Shown here: piece after piece, positions 62,022 through 64,000 of the stretch
Layout of the letters: each line of letters starts with the position of its first letter
How positions within the stretch are numbered: position 1 is the stretch's first letter
From: a bacterium
GTDB lineage: Bacteria; Patescibacteriota; Patescibacteriia; Patescibacteriales; JAKAJF01
NCBI GenBank assembly: GCA_021788015.1
Contig: JAJYLD010000005.1
Location: forward strand, 349-64,348
Length of the DNA: 64,000 bases
Direction of reading: 5' to 3'
The notes under the pieces: model-generated
What the model was told of the DNA's origin: nothing
Databases searched by the model: none
What the model saw: only the letters and a program-made list of their open reading frames with translations
Made by a program: the position numbers and the translations under genes

Positions 62022-62602
62022 AATAGAAAAAGGTCAGCAAGATTGCTGGCCTTGTTTTTTTCCGTGCGGGTTTTTTTCTTTAGCGTTTCTTCGACCGAAT
62101 AAAATTTTATAAAGAACACTTCATCCCGAGATATGCAGACACCCTCAATGTCTTTGAGCGGTTCGGGATTTTTTAAAATGGCCTGTTTGTCAATCTCTTC
62201 TTTTGGCCTGATATATCGAAGCAAATGTTTTTCTTTCAACTCCTCGATGATTTTCTTCTCGGATTTTTTTAATTCCACTCTGTAAGGATTGAATCCCCAG
62301 CCGAATTCGCCGTTCATCAGATTGATTATTTTTTTTCCTTTTGTAAGCTCTTTGCGATTCAGAGTGGCGTATTTGAAAAGGGCGGCGAAAATTCCTTCGA
62401 CGTCGCGGTCCATGCGGTTTACGTCTTTGAGCATGTTCTTTTTTAAATCTTCGATTATATCCGCAACCGCTTTGTTAAAACTGGCGAGAAGTTCCGATTG
62501 TTCAAGCATTATTTGTTGCAATTGGGTCATTAAAGCATCTGCCTCGTTTATGTCTTCGGGAACGGAAAATTTAGTTTTTTTCAAAGACCTATTTTTTGGC
62601 AT
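61646..62602 (-). CDS. Mu Gam-like host-nuclease inhibitor. Only the first ~180 codons (62602 to about 62060) look genuine. The ORF then runs antisense into suhB with no stop.
   Basis: LTKGKK..NL..G...W...P..V.......II..L......RYIR.KEEIDKQAIL..P aligns by eye with Mu Gam (recalled). A bidirectional hairpin at 62033-62052 lies inside the ORF. Confidence 0.55.
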   Translation of the reverse strand: MPKNRSLKKTKFSVPEDINEADALMTQLQQIMLEQSELLASFNKAVADIIEDLKKNMLKDVNRMDRDVEGIFAALFKYATLNRKELTKGKKIINLMNGEFGWGFNPYRVELKKSEKKIIEELKEKHLLRYIRPKEEIDKQAILKNPEPLKDIEGVCISRDEVFFIKFYSVEETLKKKTRTEKNKASNLADLFLFYSFPILIFPFVAAKSYLPSGSNSLKSYCLPLNFKIFPPASLTKISPAPISQKFMPVVTYPSARPVPTQASSSAAEPSFLNSFIFGYMLSKIFLVRSFFFSPPSQKTKNDLLMFLFSETFAFTFL

Positions 62603-62732
62603 TGTCTCTGCCCTCCTTTTTTGATTTTTGGTGCGTATATTATGCGCCTTTTTTGTACAAAAATCAAGATTACGGTTTACAATTTTGCTTATTTTTGCTA
62701 TAATTCATGGCCTAAATAACATTTGTTAATTT

Positions 62733-63704
62733 ATGAAACTGCTTTTTGTCGGAGACGTTATGCTCGGGAGATTAGTGAACGAAGTTTTAAAAACGGAACC
62801 GCCGGAATATATTTTCGGAGACACTCTGCCGATTTTTAAAGATGCGGATTGGCGCGCCTGCAATTTAGAATGCGTTCTATCCGATAAAGGCGAGCCTTTT
62901 TCTCAAAAAGCTTTTCATTTTCGTTCGGACGCGAAAAATGTAAAATCGCTTGCAACGGCGGAAATTAATTTTATTTCTCTCGCGAACAATCATTCTTTAG
63001 ATTTTGGACACGAAGCCATGCTCGACATGATAAAAATTTTAAATAAAGTCCGTATCGATCATGCCGGAGCCGGAAGAAATTACCGCGAAGCTTTGAAGCC
63101 GGCGATTATGGAGCTGCCCAATAGAGAGAAAATCGGCGTTATCGCTTTTACCGACAATGAACCGGATTGGGAAGCGAAAGAATTTCAACCCGGAATTAGC
63201 TATCTGCCGGTTGATTTGGAAGACGAGCGCGCGGAAGAAATGTTCGATACGATTCGGGAAACAAAAAAGAAAGTTGACATTTTAGTCGTTTCGGCGCATT
63301 GGGGTCCGAATTGGGGAGATCGTCCGCCCGGTCATCATCTCCCTTTCGGACGGGGGTTGATCGAGGCCGGGGCCGATATTGTTTTCGGTCATTCTTCGCA
63401 CGTGTTTCGCGGCGTAGAAGTGTATAAAGGCAGGCCCATAATTTACGGAGCGGGAGATTTTATCGATGATTACGCGGTCGATCCGATCGCCCGCAACGAC
63501 CAGTCGTTTATTTATGTCGTCGAAATGGAAAAAAATATTATTAAGGATATGTTTTTGTACCCGGTTCTTATTCGCGATTTCCAGGCGCGCCTAGCCCGCG
63601 GCGAAGAAGCGAGAGAAACGGTTTTAAAAATGAAAACGCTTTGTTTGGAGTTCGGGGTTGTGATAAAATGGAATTTAAGAGAAAACAGATTGGAAATACA
63701 TTAA
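62733..63704 (+). CDS. CapA/PgsA-like metallophosphatase (PGA_cap family)
   Basis: LLFVGDVMLGR, NLE.V, LANNHSLDFG, SAHWGPNW. Confidence 0.8.
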   Translation: MKLLFVGDVMLGRLVNEVLKTEPPEYIFGDTLPIFKDADWRACNLECVLSDKGEPFSQKAFHFRSDAKNVKSLATAEINFISLANNHSLDFGHEAMLDMIKILNKVRIDHAGAGRNYREALKPAIMELPNREKIGVIAFTDNEPDWEAKEFQPGISYLPVDLEDERAEEMFDTIRETKKKVDILVVSAHWGPNWGDRPPGHHLPFGRGLIEAGADIVFGHSSHVFRGVEVYKGRPIIYGAGDFIDDYAVDPIARNDQSFIYVVEMEKNIIKDMFLYPVLIRDFQARLARGEEARETVLKMKTLCLEFGVVIKWNLRENRLEIH

Positions 63705-63744
63705 ATTCATAGGAACATGATTAATCATGTTCCTACTAAAAAAT

Positions 63745-64000
63745 ATGGAATTCAAAAAAGTTTTAGAAAAAAGACAAACAATCCGAAGATTCAAAAATAA
63801 AAATATTCCCGAAGAAACTATTCGAGAAATACTCGAGCTTGCCAATTTAGCGCCCTCGGCCGGCAATTTGCAAGCGTTCAAAATAATCATCATCAAAAAC
63901 GATGAAATTAAAAAAAGGATTCCCGAGTTTACGTTTTCCTCACAGGATTTTATCGCGGAAGCGCCGGTTGTTTTTATAATTTTTGCCGATCTCGGAGTAT
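63745..64000 (+). CDS. Nitroreductase family protein (3' end outside the window)
   Basis: KRQTIRRF......IPEE.I.EILELANLAPSAGNLQ. ORF is open to the window end. Confidence 0.7.
   Translation, partial: MEFKKVLEKRQTIRRFKNKNIPEETIREILELANLAPSAGNLQAFKIIIIKNDEIKKRIPEFTFSSQDFIAEAPVVFIIFADLGV

Overview
AT-rich, gene-dense bacterial window, mostly transcribed on the + strand. The gene content and style suggest a small Patescibacteria/CPR-type genome; this is inference, no search was run. GC statements below are by eye, not computed. Recognisable housekeeping genes are uvrC, uvrB, ileS, ftsK, gyrA, ndk, pyrH and lemA-htpX, plus two tandem orphan histidine kinases, a lone receiver protein and many small hypothetical genes. 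Visibly GC-richer patches carry branched-chain amino-acid genes: a fused leuCD with leuB at 11980-15197, and cimA-like and leuA-like genes at 48825-52225. The most notable observations are: (1) a hairpin repeat family with six copies plus one mini copy, whose 3' arm ends exactly in an ATG that opens an ORF in every copy; (2) textbook-looking leader-peptide attenuators, Ile-rich before cimA and Leu-rich before leuA, plus a weaker Asn-run candidate; (3) a complete tRNA-Pro(GGG) embedded in the anticodon arm of a second tRNA-shaped gene; (4) GC-rich palindromic units inserted in frame in uvrC, uvrB, ileS, a kinase and a PP-loop ATPase; (5) a RayT/IS200-like HUH transposase between REP-like hairpins, whose two reading frames meet at an A_AAA_AAG slippery heptamer; (6) a roughly 180-nt multi-hairpin GC-rich intergenic RNA candidate. 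No CRISPR array, rRNA or recognisable defence operon was seen. All family names come from motif recognition and memory.
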